Shown piece after piece: positions 35,474 to 44,592 of a stretch of 59,163 nt of DNA. The position numbers and the translations under genes are program-made. The stretch spans positions 1 to 59,163 of the forward strand of contig DATMHT010000404.1 in the NCBI GenBank assembly GCA_035554795.1, given 5' to 3'. This stretch comes from Gemmatimonadaceae bacterium. Its GTDB lineage: Bacteria; Gemmatimonadota; Gemmatimonadetes; Gemmatimonadales; Gemmatimonadaceae. The notes below the pieces were generated by a model that was given only the letters and a program-made list of their open reading frames with translations, had not been told where the DNA came from and did no database searches. Each line of letters opens with the position of its first letter. Position 1 is the stretch's first letter.

Positions 35474-37057
35474 ATGCGGCGACTGCGTCATCATCTCGCT
35501 CCCTCCGGCGGCGGTCTCCTGCCGCTCCGCCCTCACGCGTCCGACGGTCGTCCCGATGCCGCCGGTGACTCGGCCGCGGGCGTCGCGGGCGTGATGAACG
35601 ACGTGTCGCCGCGCATCGCCGGTGCCCGCGCCGAAGGCAAGACCGACGACGGCGTGCCGCGGATCGGCGTGCTGCCGCCACCGCCGCCGTCCGTCTCGGC
35701 GGCGGCGCCCTCGCCCGCGGCGGGGCGGCACGTGCGCGCCGCGCTGCTGCTCGTCGAGCCGGCCTTCTGCGCGCTCGCGCTGTTCGTGATGTCCGGCGGG
35801 TTGAGCCGCGCGTTCGACGGCGCGGCGGCCGACGGCGGCGGCGACGCCGCTGGCGACCCGATCACGCGCACGCTGCTGCTCGCCATCTACCTGACGGCGG
35901 CGCTCGTCTCGGTCACGCACCTGCGCAGCGTCCTGCGCGCCGCGCGGCGCGCGTGGCTGGCGTGGGCGCTCGTCGCGATGGCGGCCGCGTCGGTGCTGTG
36001 GTCCGCCGCGCCACGGGTGACGCTGCAGCGCAGCGTCGCGCTCGGCGCCGCGACGCTGTTCGGCGTCTACGTCGCCGCACGCTTCGACCGGCGAACGCAG
36101 CTGCGCGTCTTCGGCTGGGCGCTCGGGATCGCCGCGGCGCTCAGTCTGGCGACGGCGCTGCTGGTCCCTGACGCCGGCGTCACCGCCGGATACCACGAGG
36201 GCGCCTGGCGCGGCATCTACGGCAACAAGAACATGCTCGGCCGCCTCTGCGCGCTCGGCACGACGATCCACCTGCTCCGGGCCCAGGCCGCGCATCGGCG
36301 GCCGTGGGGCGCGTGGGCGGGCGCGGCGCTCTGCGGCGTGCTCACGCTCCTCTCGCGATCGGCGACGGCCGTCGTCGTCCTCGCGACGCTGGTGCTGCTC
36401 CTGCCACTCTACCGGACGCTCCGCTGGCGGCCGTCGCTGCGGCTCGTGCTGCTCACGTTCGCCGTGCTCGCGGCTGGAGCGCTCGCCGTCCTCTTCGCGA
36501 CGGAGTCCGACTCGATGCTGTCGCTCGTCGGGCGCGACGCGACGCTGAGCGGCCGCACGAAGCTCTGGAAGGTCGTGCTGTGGTTCATCGAGCAGCGACC
36601 GCGGCTGGGCTACGGCTACGGCGCGTTCTGGTCGAGCGGCAGCGCGACGGCCGCCGCGGTCGTGAACGCGATCCGGTGGAACGCGCCGCACGCCCACGAC
36701 AACTTCCTCGATGTCGCGCTCGACCTCGGGCTCGCGGGGCTCGCCCTGTTCGTGTTCGGGATTCTGGCCGCCGCGCGCCGCGCGGTCGCCGCGTACCGGG
36801 CCAGCGCGGACCCGGCCGAGCTCTGGCCGCTGCTCCTGCTGACCTTCCTGGTGTTGTTCAGCATCACCGACACCATCGTGCTGCGCCAGAACCACCTGGT
36901 CTGGGTGCTGTACGTCGCCACGATCGCGCTGCCGACGCCCACGGCGGCCGGGCTCCCGCTCCGGCCGCGCGCCGGCCGCCACGCCGTCTCGATCGGCGTG
37001 CGCGTGCGCCACGCGCGGCACGCCCTCATACCCGACCGCGCTCCGTCCCGCTCATGA
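35474..37057 (+). CDS. O-antigen polymerase/ligase-family membrane protein (Wzy_C domain; Wzy- or WaaL-like)
   Basis: At least 10 hydrophobic helices. Periplasmic-loop motif RWNAPHAHDNFLDVALDLGLAG is typical of the O-antigen ligase/polymerase family. The start is uncertain: ATG 35474 or a downstream Met (MNDVSP). Confidence 0.75.
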   Translation: MRRLRHHLAPSGGGLLPLRPHASDGRPDAAGDSAAGVAGVMNDVSPRIAGARAEGKTDDGVPRIGVLPPPPPSVSAAAPSPAAGRHVRAALLLVEPAFCALALFVMSGGLSRAFDGAAADGGGDAAGDPITRTLLLAIYLTAALVSVTHLRSVLRAARRAWLAWALVAMAAASVLWSAAPRVTLQRSVALGAATLFGVYVAARFDRRTQLRVFGWALGIAAALSLATALLVPDAGVTAGYHEGAWRGIYGNKNMLGRLCALGTTIHLLRAQAAHRRPWGAWAGAALCGVLTLLSRSATAVVVLATLVLLLPLYRTLRWRPSLRLVLLTFAVLAAGALAVLFATESDSMLSLVGRDATLSGRTKLWKVVLWFIEQRPRLGYGYGAFWSSGSATAAAVVNAIRWNAPHAHDNFLDVALDLGLAGLALFVFGILAAARRAVAAYRASADPAELWPLLLLTFLVLFSITDTIVLRQNHLVWVLYVATIALPTPTAAGLPLRPRAGRHAVSIGVRVRHARHALIPDRAPSRS

Positions 37058-38343
37058 CCATCGAGACCGCGCACGAGAAGCTCGCCTTCGCCGCGCCGTT
37101 CGCGGCCGCCGAATCGCGCGAGGCGACCGCGGGCCGCCTCGGCTATCTCTCCGGCTCGCCGCGTGTCTCCACGCGGGCCGACGCCGAGACGACCGGCGCG
37201 CGCGCCCACATCCTCGGCACCATCGGCGGTTTCGAGGCGCACGGGTGGCGGGTGGAGCGCTACGTCGTTGGCGACATGGTGCCGCGCGCGTGGACGCGCA
37301 AGGGCTCGCAGCAGGCGATCAGCAAGAGCCTTCCGCGACGCCTCGCCGCCGACGCCGCGCGGATCGTGCTCGCGCGTCGCAACGCGCGGCGCGCGCACCG
37401 CGCGCTCGCCGGCCGCGTCGATCTCGTCTACGAGCGCTTCGGCGCGTTCCAGGCGCTCGGGGCCGCGTTCCGGCGCGACGGCGTGCCGTGGATCCTCGAG
37501 ACCAACGGGCCGCTCTTCCACGAGGCGAAGGTCGAGCGCCGGAGCCTCGCGCTGTCGGGCCTGGCGAAGCGGATGGAGCGCGCAGCCTACCGCGACTGCG
37601 ACCTGCTGGTGTGCGTCAGCGACGATCTGCGCGAGATCATCGTGGACGCGTGCGGCGTGTCGCGCGACAAGGTCGTGGTGATCCCGAACGGCGTCGACAC
37701 CGCGTTCCACGACCCCGCGTCGTACGCGCCGCGGCGCCTCTTCCCGGGCTTCACCGTGGGCTTCGTCGGCAACCTGTACGCGTGGGCGGCGGTCGACCTC
37801 CTGCTCGACGCGGTCGCCGATCTCCGGCGCGAGGGCGTGGCCGTCCACGTGACGGTGGTGGGCGACGGGCTGACGCGCGAGCGGCTGGAGGCGCAGGTGC
37901 GCGCGCTGGAGCTGGGCGACCGCATCGCGTTCGTCGGCCGCGTGGAGCGCGCGGAGGTGCCGCCCTACGTGGCGGGCTTCGACGTCGGCTACTCGGGCCA
38001 GGTCTCGTCGCAGCTCGGCCGCATGTACCACTCGCCCCTCAAGATCTACGAGTACCTGGCGATGGCGACGCCGGTCGTCGCCTCGGCGTTCGCCGACGCC
38101 CGTCGCGCGACCGGCGACGGCGCCACCGGCTGGCTGTTCGCGCCCGGCGACCGCGCGGGGCTCGTTGCCGCGCTGCGCCGCGCGCACGAGGCGCACGCCG
38201 CCGGCGACGTCCTGCCGCGGATGGGACGCCTGGCGCGCGAGACGGTCGTCGCTCACCACGGCTGGCCCGCGCGCGTCGAGATGCTGATCGAGCGCGCCCG
38301 GCGGCTCCTGCCCGGGCGGCTGCCGCCCGGCGGCGCGGGGTGA
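37054..38343 (+). CDS. family-4 glycosyltransferase
   Basis: 429 aa with ATGA overlap. VVIPNGVD and the PLKIYEYLAMATPVV (E-x7-E-like) region. Confidence 0.75.
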   Translation: MTIETAHEKLAFAAPFAAAESREATAGRLGYLSGSPRVSTRADAETTGARAHILGTIGGFEAHGWRVERYVVGDMVPRAWTRKGSQQAISKSLPRRLAADAARIVLARRNARRAHRALAGRVDLVYERFGAFQALGAAFRRDGVPWILETNGPLFHEAKVERRSLALSGLAKRMERAAYRDCDLLVCVSDDLREIIVDACGVSRDKVVVIPNGVDTAFHDPASYAPRRLFPGFTVGFVGNLYAWAAVDLLLDAVADLRREGVAVHVTVVGDGLTRERLEAQVRALELGDRIAFVGRVERAEVPPYVAGFDVGYSGQVSSQLGRMYHSPLKIYEYLAMATPVVASAFADARRATGDGATGWLFAPGDRAGLVAALRRAHEAHAAGDVLPRMGRLARETVVAHHGWPARVEMLIERARRLLPGRLPPGGAG

Positions 38344-38348
38344 TCTCG

Positions 38349-39686
38349 ATGCCTGCCTATCGCGGCCTCGAGCGCGGCGTCGCGCGCGCACTGGAGTCGC
38401 TGCCGTGGGTGCGGAGCTCCGTCCGCGCCGCTTACCGCCGCGCCAACTACGTGTACTTCCACGAGCGCGGATTCCGGTGCGAGCTGCACCCCGCGGCGCG
38501 CATCGAGTCGGCCACCGAGTGGTGCGGCGGCAGCCTGCGCGCCGAGCGCGGCGTCTTCTTCGGCTACTTCGACAAGTCGCCGTGGTCGCCCGACATGCGA
38601 CGCGCGATCGTACACCGCGTCGCGGCCGACGGGCGGCGCGCAGAAATCCTCGTGCTCGACCGCGAGGCGCGGCGCTGCTCGGTCGTCGGCGACTCCAGCG
38701 CGTGGACCCACCAGCAGGGGAGCATGGCGCAGTGGCTCCCGTGCGACGGCGGCCGGAGCCTTCTCTTCAACGACTGTGTGGGCGGCGTGCTGATGACGCG
38801 CATCGTCACGATTGCCAACGGCGCGCACGACGCCGACGCGACCGAGGAGCGGCGCGTGCTCTACCCGGTGCAGGCCGTGCACCCGCGCGCGCCCGTGGCG
38901 CTCTCGCTCAACTACCGCCGCCTCGCGTCCGTGGGATCGGAGTACGGCTACGCGGCGGACGCGAGCAACTTCGCTCCCGACCAGTCGCCCGAGCGCGACG
39001 GGCTGTGGCGCGTGGACCTGACGAGCGGCGAGGGCGCGCTCGTCGTCCGCCTCGCCGACCTCGTGGCGAACGCGCCGCGGCCGGCGATGGCGGGAAGTCG
39101 GCACCAGGTCAACCACGCGCTCTACTCACCGTCGGGGCGTCGCTACCTGTTCCTGCACCGGTGGACCGGGCCGCGCGGCCGCTTCTCGCGCCTGTACGTC
39201 GCGAACGACGACGGCGGCGGCGACGGCGGCGAGCCGCGCCTCCTGCTCGACGACCGCATGGTGTCGCACTACGCCTGGCTCGACGAGACGCGCGTCCTCG
39301 CCTGGGCGCGCACGCGCGAGGCCGGCGACGGCTACCACGTGATCGACGTCGCGACCGGCGCGCGCCAGCGCCTCGGCGCGGGCGTGCTCGACGTCTACGG
39401 CGACGGGCACCCGTCGCTCTCGCCCGACGGCCGCTGGCTCGTGACCGACAGCTACCCGGACCGCGGGCGGCAGCGGCACCTGCTGCTCTACGACCTCGCC
39501 GCCGGCACGCGCGTGGACGTCGGCCGCTTTCACGCGCCCTGGCGCTTCGACGGCGCCGAGCGGTGCGACCTGCACCCGCGCTGGAGCCCCGACGGCCGCG
39601 CGATCTGCATCGACTCCGCGCACTCGGGGCACCGCATGACGTACTTCGTGGACGTGCACGCCCTCGTGGGCGCGCCGCCGGCCTGA
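38349..39686 (+). CDS. hypothetical TolB-like beta-propeller protein embedded in the polysaccharide locus
   Basis: 445 aa. Repeated xSPDGRxL strand motifs (YSPSGRRYLF, LSPDGRWLVTDS, WSPDGRAICIDS) are typical of PD40/WD40-like propellers. I see no signal peptide. Confidence 0.6.
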   Translation: MPAYRGLERGVARALESLPWVRSSVRAAYRRANYVYFHERGFRCELHPAARIESATEWCGGSLRAERGVFFGYFDKSPWSPDMRRAIVHRVAADGRRAEILVLDREARRCSVVGDSSAWTHQQGSMAQWLPCDGGRSLLFNDCVGGVLMTRIVTIANGAHDADATEERRVLYPVQAVHPRAPVALSLNYRRLASVGSEYGYAADASNFAPDQSPERDGLWRVDLTSGEGALVVRLADLVANAPRPAMAGSRHQVNHALYSPSGRRYLFLHRWTGPRGRFSRLYVANDDGGGDGGEPRLLLDDRMVSHYAWLDETRVLAWARTREAGDGYHVIDVATGARQRLGAGVLDVYGDGHPSLSPDGRWLVTDSYPDRGRQRHLLLYDLAAGTRVDVGRFHAPWRFDGAERCDLHPRWSPDGRAICIDSAHSGHRMTYFVDVHALVGAPPA

Positions 39687-39704
39687 GAAGGGAAGGAGGT
39701 CACC

Positions 39705-40484
39705 GTGAACACCGGCTCGCACCGTCTCCTCGACACGCACGTGGACGCGCTGACCGTCGACGACCTGCACGCACGCATCGCCGAGAGCGTGCAGGCCGGC
39801 ACGCGCCGCGTCTTCGCGTCGCACAACCTGCACAGCCTCTACCTGCTCCGCGAGGACTCCCGGCTGCGCTGCTTCTACGAGCGCGTCGACTACGTGCGCG
39901 TCGATGGCATGTCCATCGTGCTTCTCGGCCGCATGCTCGGCGTGCCGCTCCGGCGCGACCACCGCGTCACGTACGTGGACTGGCTGCCGCTGTTCATGGC
40001 CGAAGCGGCGCGCGTGGGGTGGCGCGTGTTCTACCTGGGCTCGCGGCCCGGCGTGGCCGAGCGCGCCGCCGAGGTTCTGCGCGCGCGCCACCCCGGGCTC
40101 GCGATCGCGACCGCGCACGGGTACTTCGACACCGCCCCGGGCAGCGCGGACAACGAACGCGTGATCGCCGCGATCAACGACTTCCGGCCGCACGTGCTGC
40201 TCGTCGGCATGGGGATGCCGCGGCAGCAGCACTGGGTGCTGGAGAACGAGTCGCGGCTCGCGGTGAACGCGATCTCCACCTCCGGCGCGGCGCTCGACTA
40301 CGTCGTGGGCGAGATCCCGACACCGCCGCGCTGGGCGGGACGGGTCGGGCTCGAATGGCTGTTCCGGCTCGCGGCCGAGCCGCGGCGGCTGGCGGGCCGC
40401 TATCTCGTCGAGCCGTGGTACGTGATGCCGCTTCTCGCGCGGCACCTCGTGCGGCGCGCGCGCACGGCCGCGGCGGGCAGCTGA
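39705..40484 (+). CDS. WecB/TagA/CpsF-family glycosyltransferase (GT26)
   Basis: 259 aa. GTG start preceded by GGAAGGAGG. VDGMSIV, FYLGSRPGV and LVGMGMPRQQHW motifs of the GT26 family. Confidence 0.85.
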   Translation: MNTGSHRLLDTHVDALTVDDLHARIAESVQAGTRRVFASHNLHSLYLLREDSRLRCFYERVDYVRVDGMSIVLLGRMLGVPLRRDHRVTYVDWLPLFMAEAARVGWRVFYLGSRPGVAERAAEVLRARHPGLAIATAHGYFDTAPGSADNERVIAAINDFRPHVLLVGMGMPRQQHWVLENESRLAVNAISTSGAALDYVVGEIPTPPRWAGRVGLEWLFRLAAEPRRLAGRYLVEPWYVMPLLARHLVRRARTAAAGS

Positions 40485-40491
40485 GCGACGC

Positions 40492-41805
40492 ATGAGCGCG
40501 ACGTTCGAGTCACCGACGCGAGAGGCCGCGGGCGACACGCTCCCGGTGTCCGCACGCGCGCGGCGCACCCCGTCGCTGGCGCAACGGGTCGTCCGGGCCG
40601 CGCGCGACTCGCGACCCGCGTACGCGCTCTCGAAGCTCGGTCAGTACCGCCGCGCGCTCTTGCCGTCACTCTATCCCTACACGCGCGACGTGCTGCTCCC
40701 CCGACTGAGGACGCCGTCGCCGCCGCCCGCGGACGCGGACGTGTACCTCTTCGTGCGCGAGAGCATCGGGCGTTACCTCTATCTCCTGTTGCGCTTCCTC
40801 ACGGCCCGCGGCGCGACCGTCGCGGTGCTCGGGCGGATGCCCCTCGCGGACTACCTGCACCCGTACGGCCGCATGAGCCTGGGGATGGAGCGCGTCACCT
40901 TCGCCCGCGCTCTCCCGGCGCGCACCGAGGACAAGGTGCTCGTGGCCGACCGCCCGCCGCCGGAGGTCGCGGCGCACCGGTGGCGTCGGGTCGTGAACCT
41001 CGACTTCGACGTGTCCGCGCCGGCGGCGCGTCACACGAACTGTCTCGTCATGCCGTATCCGATGCACCCGCTGCAGTACGCCGCGCGGCATCACGAACGG
41101 CTCGCCGCCCTCCGCGGGCACCCGCGGAGCATGAAGGTGCTGTTCGCCGGCAACTTCCGCGCGTCCACGCACGCGAGCTTCAGGAACGCCTATCTCACCG
41201 AGCGGTTCCATGCGCTCCTCCGCCCGCAAATCGTCGCGGCCGTGCTCGCGCAACCGGCGGACGACGTGCTGCTCGTGAGCGACGCGGCGGGGCTGGCGGA
41301 GCTGCTGGCAGCCGAAGGAGGCGACGCCGCCGCCGACCGTTGCGTGGTCGTGGACGGCGCGCGCGTGCACGTGCCGCCCGCGCACTGGCTCGGCTTCGTC
41401 GCGCGCAGCGAGTTCTTTCTCTGCGCGCCCGGCGTCTCCATGCCGCTCTGCCACAACGCGATCGAGGCGATGGCCGTGGGAACGATCCCGATCCTGAACT
41501 ACCGCGAGTGGTTCCGGCCATGGCTGGAGGACGGCCGCACGTGCGTGGCCTTCGCCGACGAGGAGGAGCTCGTGGAGCGGCTGCGCGAGGTCAGAGCGCT
41601 GCCGCCGGCGCGCATCGCGGCGATGCGGCGGTGGGTCGCGGAGTACTACGACGCGTACCTGGCGCCCGAGCCGTTCGCCGAGGCCGTGGTGAACGGCACC
41701 GCCGCCGAGGCGACGCTGTTCGTGAACGCCGAGCAGTTCCACCGGCTGGCACGCGTGGACCGGGACTCCGTCATCCTCGCCGGCCACTCCCCGGCGGACG
41801 CGTGA
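40492..41805 (+). CDS. putative glycosyltransferase (exostosin/GT47-like C-terminal region); function uncertain
   Basis: 437 aa with strong GC3. KVLFAGNFRAS ... FFLCAPGVSMPLCHNAIEAMAVGTIPIL resembles the exostosin-type C-terminal region. Family call is weak. Confidence 0.45.
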   Translation: MSATFESPTREAAGDTLPVSARARRTPSLAQRVVRAARDSRPAYALSKLGQYRRALLPSLYPYTRDVLLPRLRTPSPPPADADVYLFVRESIGRYLYLLLRFLTARGATVAVLGRMPLADYLHPYGRMSLGMERVTFARALPARTEDKVLVADRPPPEVAAHRWRRVVNLDFDVSAPAARHTNCLVMPYPMHPLQYAARHHERLAALRGHPRSMKVLFAGNFRASTHASFRNAYLTERFHALLRPQIVAAVLAQPADDVLLVSDAAGLAELLAAEGGDAAADRCVVVDGARVHVPPAHWLGFVARSEFFLCAPGVSMPLCHNAIEAMAVGTIPILNYREWFRPWLEDGRTCVAFADEEELVERLREVRALPPARIAAMRRWVAEYYDAYLAPEPFAEAVVNGTAAEATLFVNAEQFHRLARVDRDSVILAGHSPADA

Positions 41806-41882
41806 TCGCGCCGCCGTCCGACGCATTCCACGCCTGCTCGACCCCGCCGACGACGATCACCCGAACGCCGAGGCGCCTCACG

Positions 41883-42758
41883 ATGCCGCCACTCAGTCAC
41901 CTCGCCGTGCGCGCGCTCCGCAGGACGCACCTGCTCGGCTACGCGAACTTTCGCACGCGAATGCCGATCGGCGACCGCACGTTCGTCATCCCGATCCGCG
42001 GCTCGGCCGGGTACGACAACATCCGACAGTCGGAGCCGTGGCTCCTGCAGGCCCTCGTCGCCATGCACGACTGGCGTCCCGGCGCCTTCCTCGACGTCGG
42101 CGTGAACGTCGGCCAGACGCTGCTCAAGTACGCCGCCGCCGGCGGACGCGGGCCCTACTACGGCTTCGACCCGAACACCGCCGCCGTCGCCTACGTGAAG
42201 GAGCTGGCGCGGCTGAACGCGCTCGACTGGGCGCAGGTGATCCCGGTGGCGCTGTCCGACCACACGGGATGCGTGCGGCTGCACCTGTCGTCGCCGGTGG
42301 ACGCGGCGGCGAGCATCGTGGATGGGTTCCGTCCGGACTCCTTCTACGAGCGGACGGAGCCGGCGGTCGCGTTCCGCGGCGACGAGATCGTGGCGGCGCT
42401 GCAGCCCGGCCCCGTCTCCATCGTGAAAGTGGACGTCGAGGGCGGGGAGCTCGAGGTGCTGACCGGATTGGAGGGAACGATCGCGGCCCACCGGCCCGTC
42501 ATCTTCTGCGAGGTGCTGCCGGTCTACGAGACGGACAGCAACTCCGGGAGGCGCCGGCGCGAGCGCACCGACGCGCTCGTCGCGCTGCTCGACCGCCACG
42601 ACTACCGCATCGTGCGTCTGCTGCGCGACGGCCCGCCGACGGCGCTGACGGGAATCGAGACGCACGGCGACCGCACCCTGTGCGAGTACATGTTCCATCC
42701 CGCGGAGACGGCGGCGATCGTGGCGTCGCGCATGAGCGCGCACGCCCTCTCGCGCTAG
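41883..42758 (+). CDS. FkbM-family methyltransferase
   Basis: 291 aa. FLDVGVNVGQT (SAM motif) and IVKVDVEGGELEVLTG are hallmarks of the FkbM family. Confidence 0.8.
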   Translation: MPPLSHLAVRALRRTHLLGYANFRTRMPIGDRTFVIPIRGSAGYDNIRQSEPWLLQALVAMHDWRPGAFLDVGVNVGQTLLKYAAAGGRGPYYGFDPNTAAVAYVKELARLNALDWAQVIPVALSDHTGCVRLHLSSPVDAAASIVDGFRPDSFYERTEPAVAFRGDEIVAALQPGPVSIVKVDVEGGELEVLTGLEGTIAAHRPVIFCEVLPVYETDSNSGRRRRERTDALVALLDRHDYRIVRLLRDGPPTALTGIETHGDRTLCEYMFHPAETAAIVASRMSAHALSR

Positions 42759-42795
42759 CGGCTCGCAATCCGCGGCTGCGATGGCGAGCGCATTA

Positions 42796-42836
42796 AACGA
42801 GAGGGGACCCGGGCCAGGCCCGGGTCCCCTCTCGTT
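42796..42836. terminator. 20-bp perfect hairpin between convergent operon end and lyase-like gene
   Basis: AACGAGAGGGGACCCGGGCC a GGCCCGGGTCCCCTCTCGTT. It lies between the stop at 42758 (+) and the stop at 42861 (-). There is no clear U-tract. Confidence 0.7.
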
Positions 42837-42860
42837 CAGCTGAGTCGCTGCGGCGCTCGC

Positions 42861-44444
42861 TTACTGGCAGCTGCGGTTGCTCAGCTTCCCGCTCACCATC
42901 GTGTTGTCGCAGCCCACCACGATGCCCGTCGGGGCAGAGCCCACGTAGACGCCGTAGCCCGAGGCGCCGGACAGGTCGATGGAGTTGTTGTGGAAGACGT
43001 TCCCGTTGCCCCAGCCGCTCGTGATCGCCTCGACCTTGTAGCCGTTCTGCGCGGCCACCTTGCCGGTGTTGTCGGTGATGATCGCGTTGTTGCCGTAGGC
43101 GTTGACCCACGCCGACGCGTTGCCGCTGCTGTAGCCGGTACCGTCGAACGAGTTGCCCTGTACGACCGTGCCGGTGGTGCCGTCCTTCATGTCCACGGCC
43201 TCGACGGTGATGTTCGGACCGAACTGCGACGAGCGGACCGTGTTCGAGTCGCTGCGATCGGGCACGCCGTTCACCCACTGCGAGCTCGTCGTACCGATGT
43301 AGACGCCCTCGCCGTAGCCCGGCGACGAGCGGCCCGTGTTGTAGACGTGCACGCCGTCGATCAGGTTGTGCTTGCTCGTCTCCTTGAGGACGATGCCCTC
43401 CTGACCCAGGTCGTGGACCGTGAGGTGGCGAGCGGTCACGTTGGAGGAGCCGCCCTTGATGCGGATGCCGACGATGCCGTTGGTGACCGTGAAGCCGTCG
43501 AGCGTCACGTTATGGGCGCCGGAGACGATGAGCACCGTCGCGCTGGTCACGCCGCTCGTTCCGCTCAGCACGGCGTTCGACGAGCCGCAGACCACGATCG
43601 GCGCGCTGCTGCTGCCCGACTTGCCGAGCGTGAACGACCCGCCGTAGGTGCCGTCGGCGAGCTTGATAAGGTCGCCGGCCTGCGCGTTGCTGAGCGCCGA
43701 GGCGAGCGCGCTCGCCGAGCTCACCGACACGAGCCGCGAGTAGCTGTACGCCGAGCAGCCGCTGCTCGAGGAAGACGACGTGGACGTCGTCGAGGTCGAC
43801 GTGCTGCTCACCGTGACGAGCGCCGTCCCGCTCTGGCCGCCGCTGCTGGCGGTGATGGTCGCGGTGCCGCCGGCGACGGCGCTGACGACGCCGGACGCGC
43901 TCACCGTCGCGACGGCGGAGTTCGAGGTCGTCCAGCTGAACGACGCGCCGCTGATCGTGTTGCCCGACCCGTCCTTGGCCTGCGCGCTGAGCTGCGAGGT
44001 CTGACCGGCGAGCAGCGACACGCTGCTCGGCGACACGCTCACGGAGGCGACGGTCGCGCTGCTGGTCGTGCCGCCCGGGACGTAGACGTCCGCGGTGTCG
44101 CTCGCCGACTTGTACGACGCGACGATGCGGGCGTGGCCGGCGGCGCGGGCGCGGACGACGCCGCTCGAGCTGACGACGGCGATGGCCGTGTCGGCGCTGT
44201 GCCAGCTGGCCGTGGCGCTATTGCCGGGCGCGCCCGTGACGGTCGCCTTCAGCGTGTCGAGGATGCCGACGGCCAGGGTGTCGTGCTTCGGCGAAACCGT
44301 CACGTCGAGCGTCGTGCTCGACCGCGAGGAGCGGGGCGAGACGGCGTCCGTTGGATTGGTGATGGTATCGCCGGAGCAACCGGCGGAGGCGAGAATACCG
44401 GACGCGGCAATAACCGCGAACATGACCATGCGCGGAAAATGCAT
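42861..44444 (-). CDS. secreted lipoprotein: 2x Big_2 + Ser/Thr linker + right-handed parallel beta-helix (polysaccharide lyase/hydrolase-like)
   Basis: Start ATG 44444 (MHFPRMVMFAVIAASGILASAGC lipobox), preceded by AGAGGAG. Big_2-like repeats (WHSADTAIAVVSSSG, WTTSNSAVATVSASG). Poly-S/T linker. Beta-helix coils (NVTLDGFTVTNG, NVTARHLTVHD, HNLIDGVHVYN). Confidence 0.8.
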   Translation of the reverse strand: MHFPRMVMFAVIAASGILASAGCSGDTITNPTDAVSPRSSRSSTTLDVTVSPKHDTLAVGILDTLKATVTGAPGNSATASWHSADTAIAVVSSSGVVRARAAGHARIVASYKSASDTADVYVPGGTTSSATVASVSVSPSSVSLLAGQTSQLSAQAKDGSGNTISGASFSWTTSNSAVATVSASGVVSAVAGGTATITASSGGQSGTALVTVSSTSTSTTSTSSSSSSGCSAYSYSRLVSVSSASALASALSNAQAGDLIKLADGTYGGSFTLGKSGSSSAPIVVCGSSNAVLSGTSGVTSATVLIVSGAHNVTLDGFTVTNGIVGIRIKGGSSNVTARHLTVHDLGQEGIVLKETSKHNLIDGVHVYNTGRSSPGYGEGVYIGTTSSQWVNGVPDRSDSNTVRSSQFGPNITVEAVDMKDGTTGTVVQGNSFDGTGYSSGNASAWVNAYGNNAIITDNTGKVAAQNGYKVEAITSGWGNGNVFHNNSIDLSGASGYGVYVGSAPTGIVVGCDNTMVSGKLSNRSCQ

Positions 44445-44460
44445 GCGACACTCCTCTGGT

Positions 44461-44592
44461 CCGTTCGGCGGCCCGACTGGCATGGCCGCCTCGCACCAGT
44501 GGAGGACGGCTGTAGCCTCGTAGCTTTGCGTCCCCGGCTTTCGCCGGGTTTGCCTTTGTCGCTGGCCCCCGAGGGGGTGTCGCGATCCTGCC
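44461..44592 (-). promoter_or_regulatory. c-di-GMP-I (GEMM-I) riboswitch, copy 1
   Basis: The minus-strand RNA reads ...GCGACAAAGGCAAACCCGGCGAAAGCCGGGGACGCAAAGCUACGAGGCUAC...GCCAGUCGGGCCGCCGAACGG. This has the GGCAAACC-stem-GAAA-stem-GGGACGCAAAGC core and the 3' segment of GEMM-I. It ends ~17 nt before the ATG at 44444. Boundaries are approximate. Confidence 0.85.

Noticed and set aside
44445-44483. Upstream start (MPVGPPNGPEECR...) for the beta-helix lipoprotein
   Set aside because: That ATG lies inside the conserved 3' part of the GEMM-I aptamer. The downstream ATG at 44444 has an SD-like AGAGGAG and yields a proper lipoprotein signal peptide.
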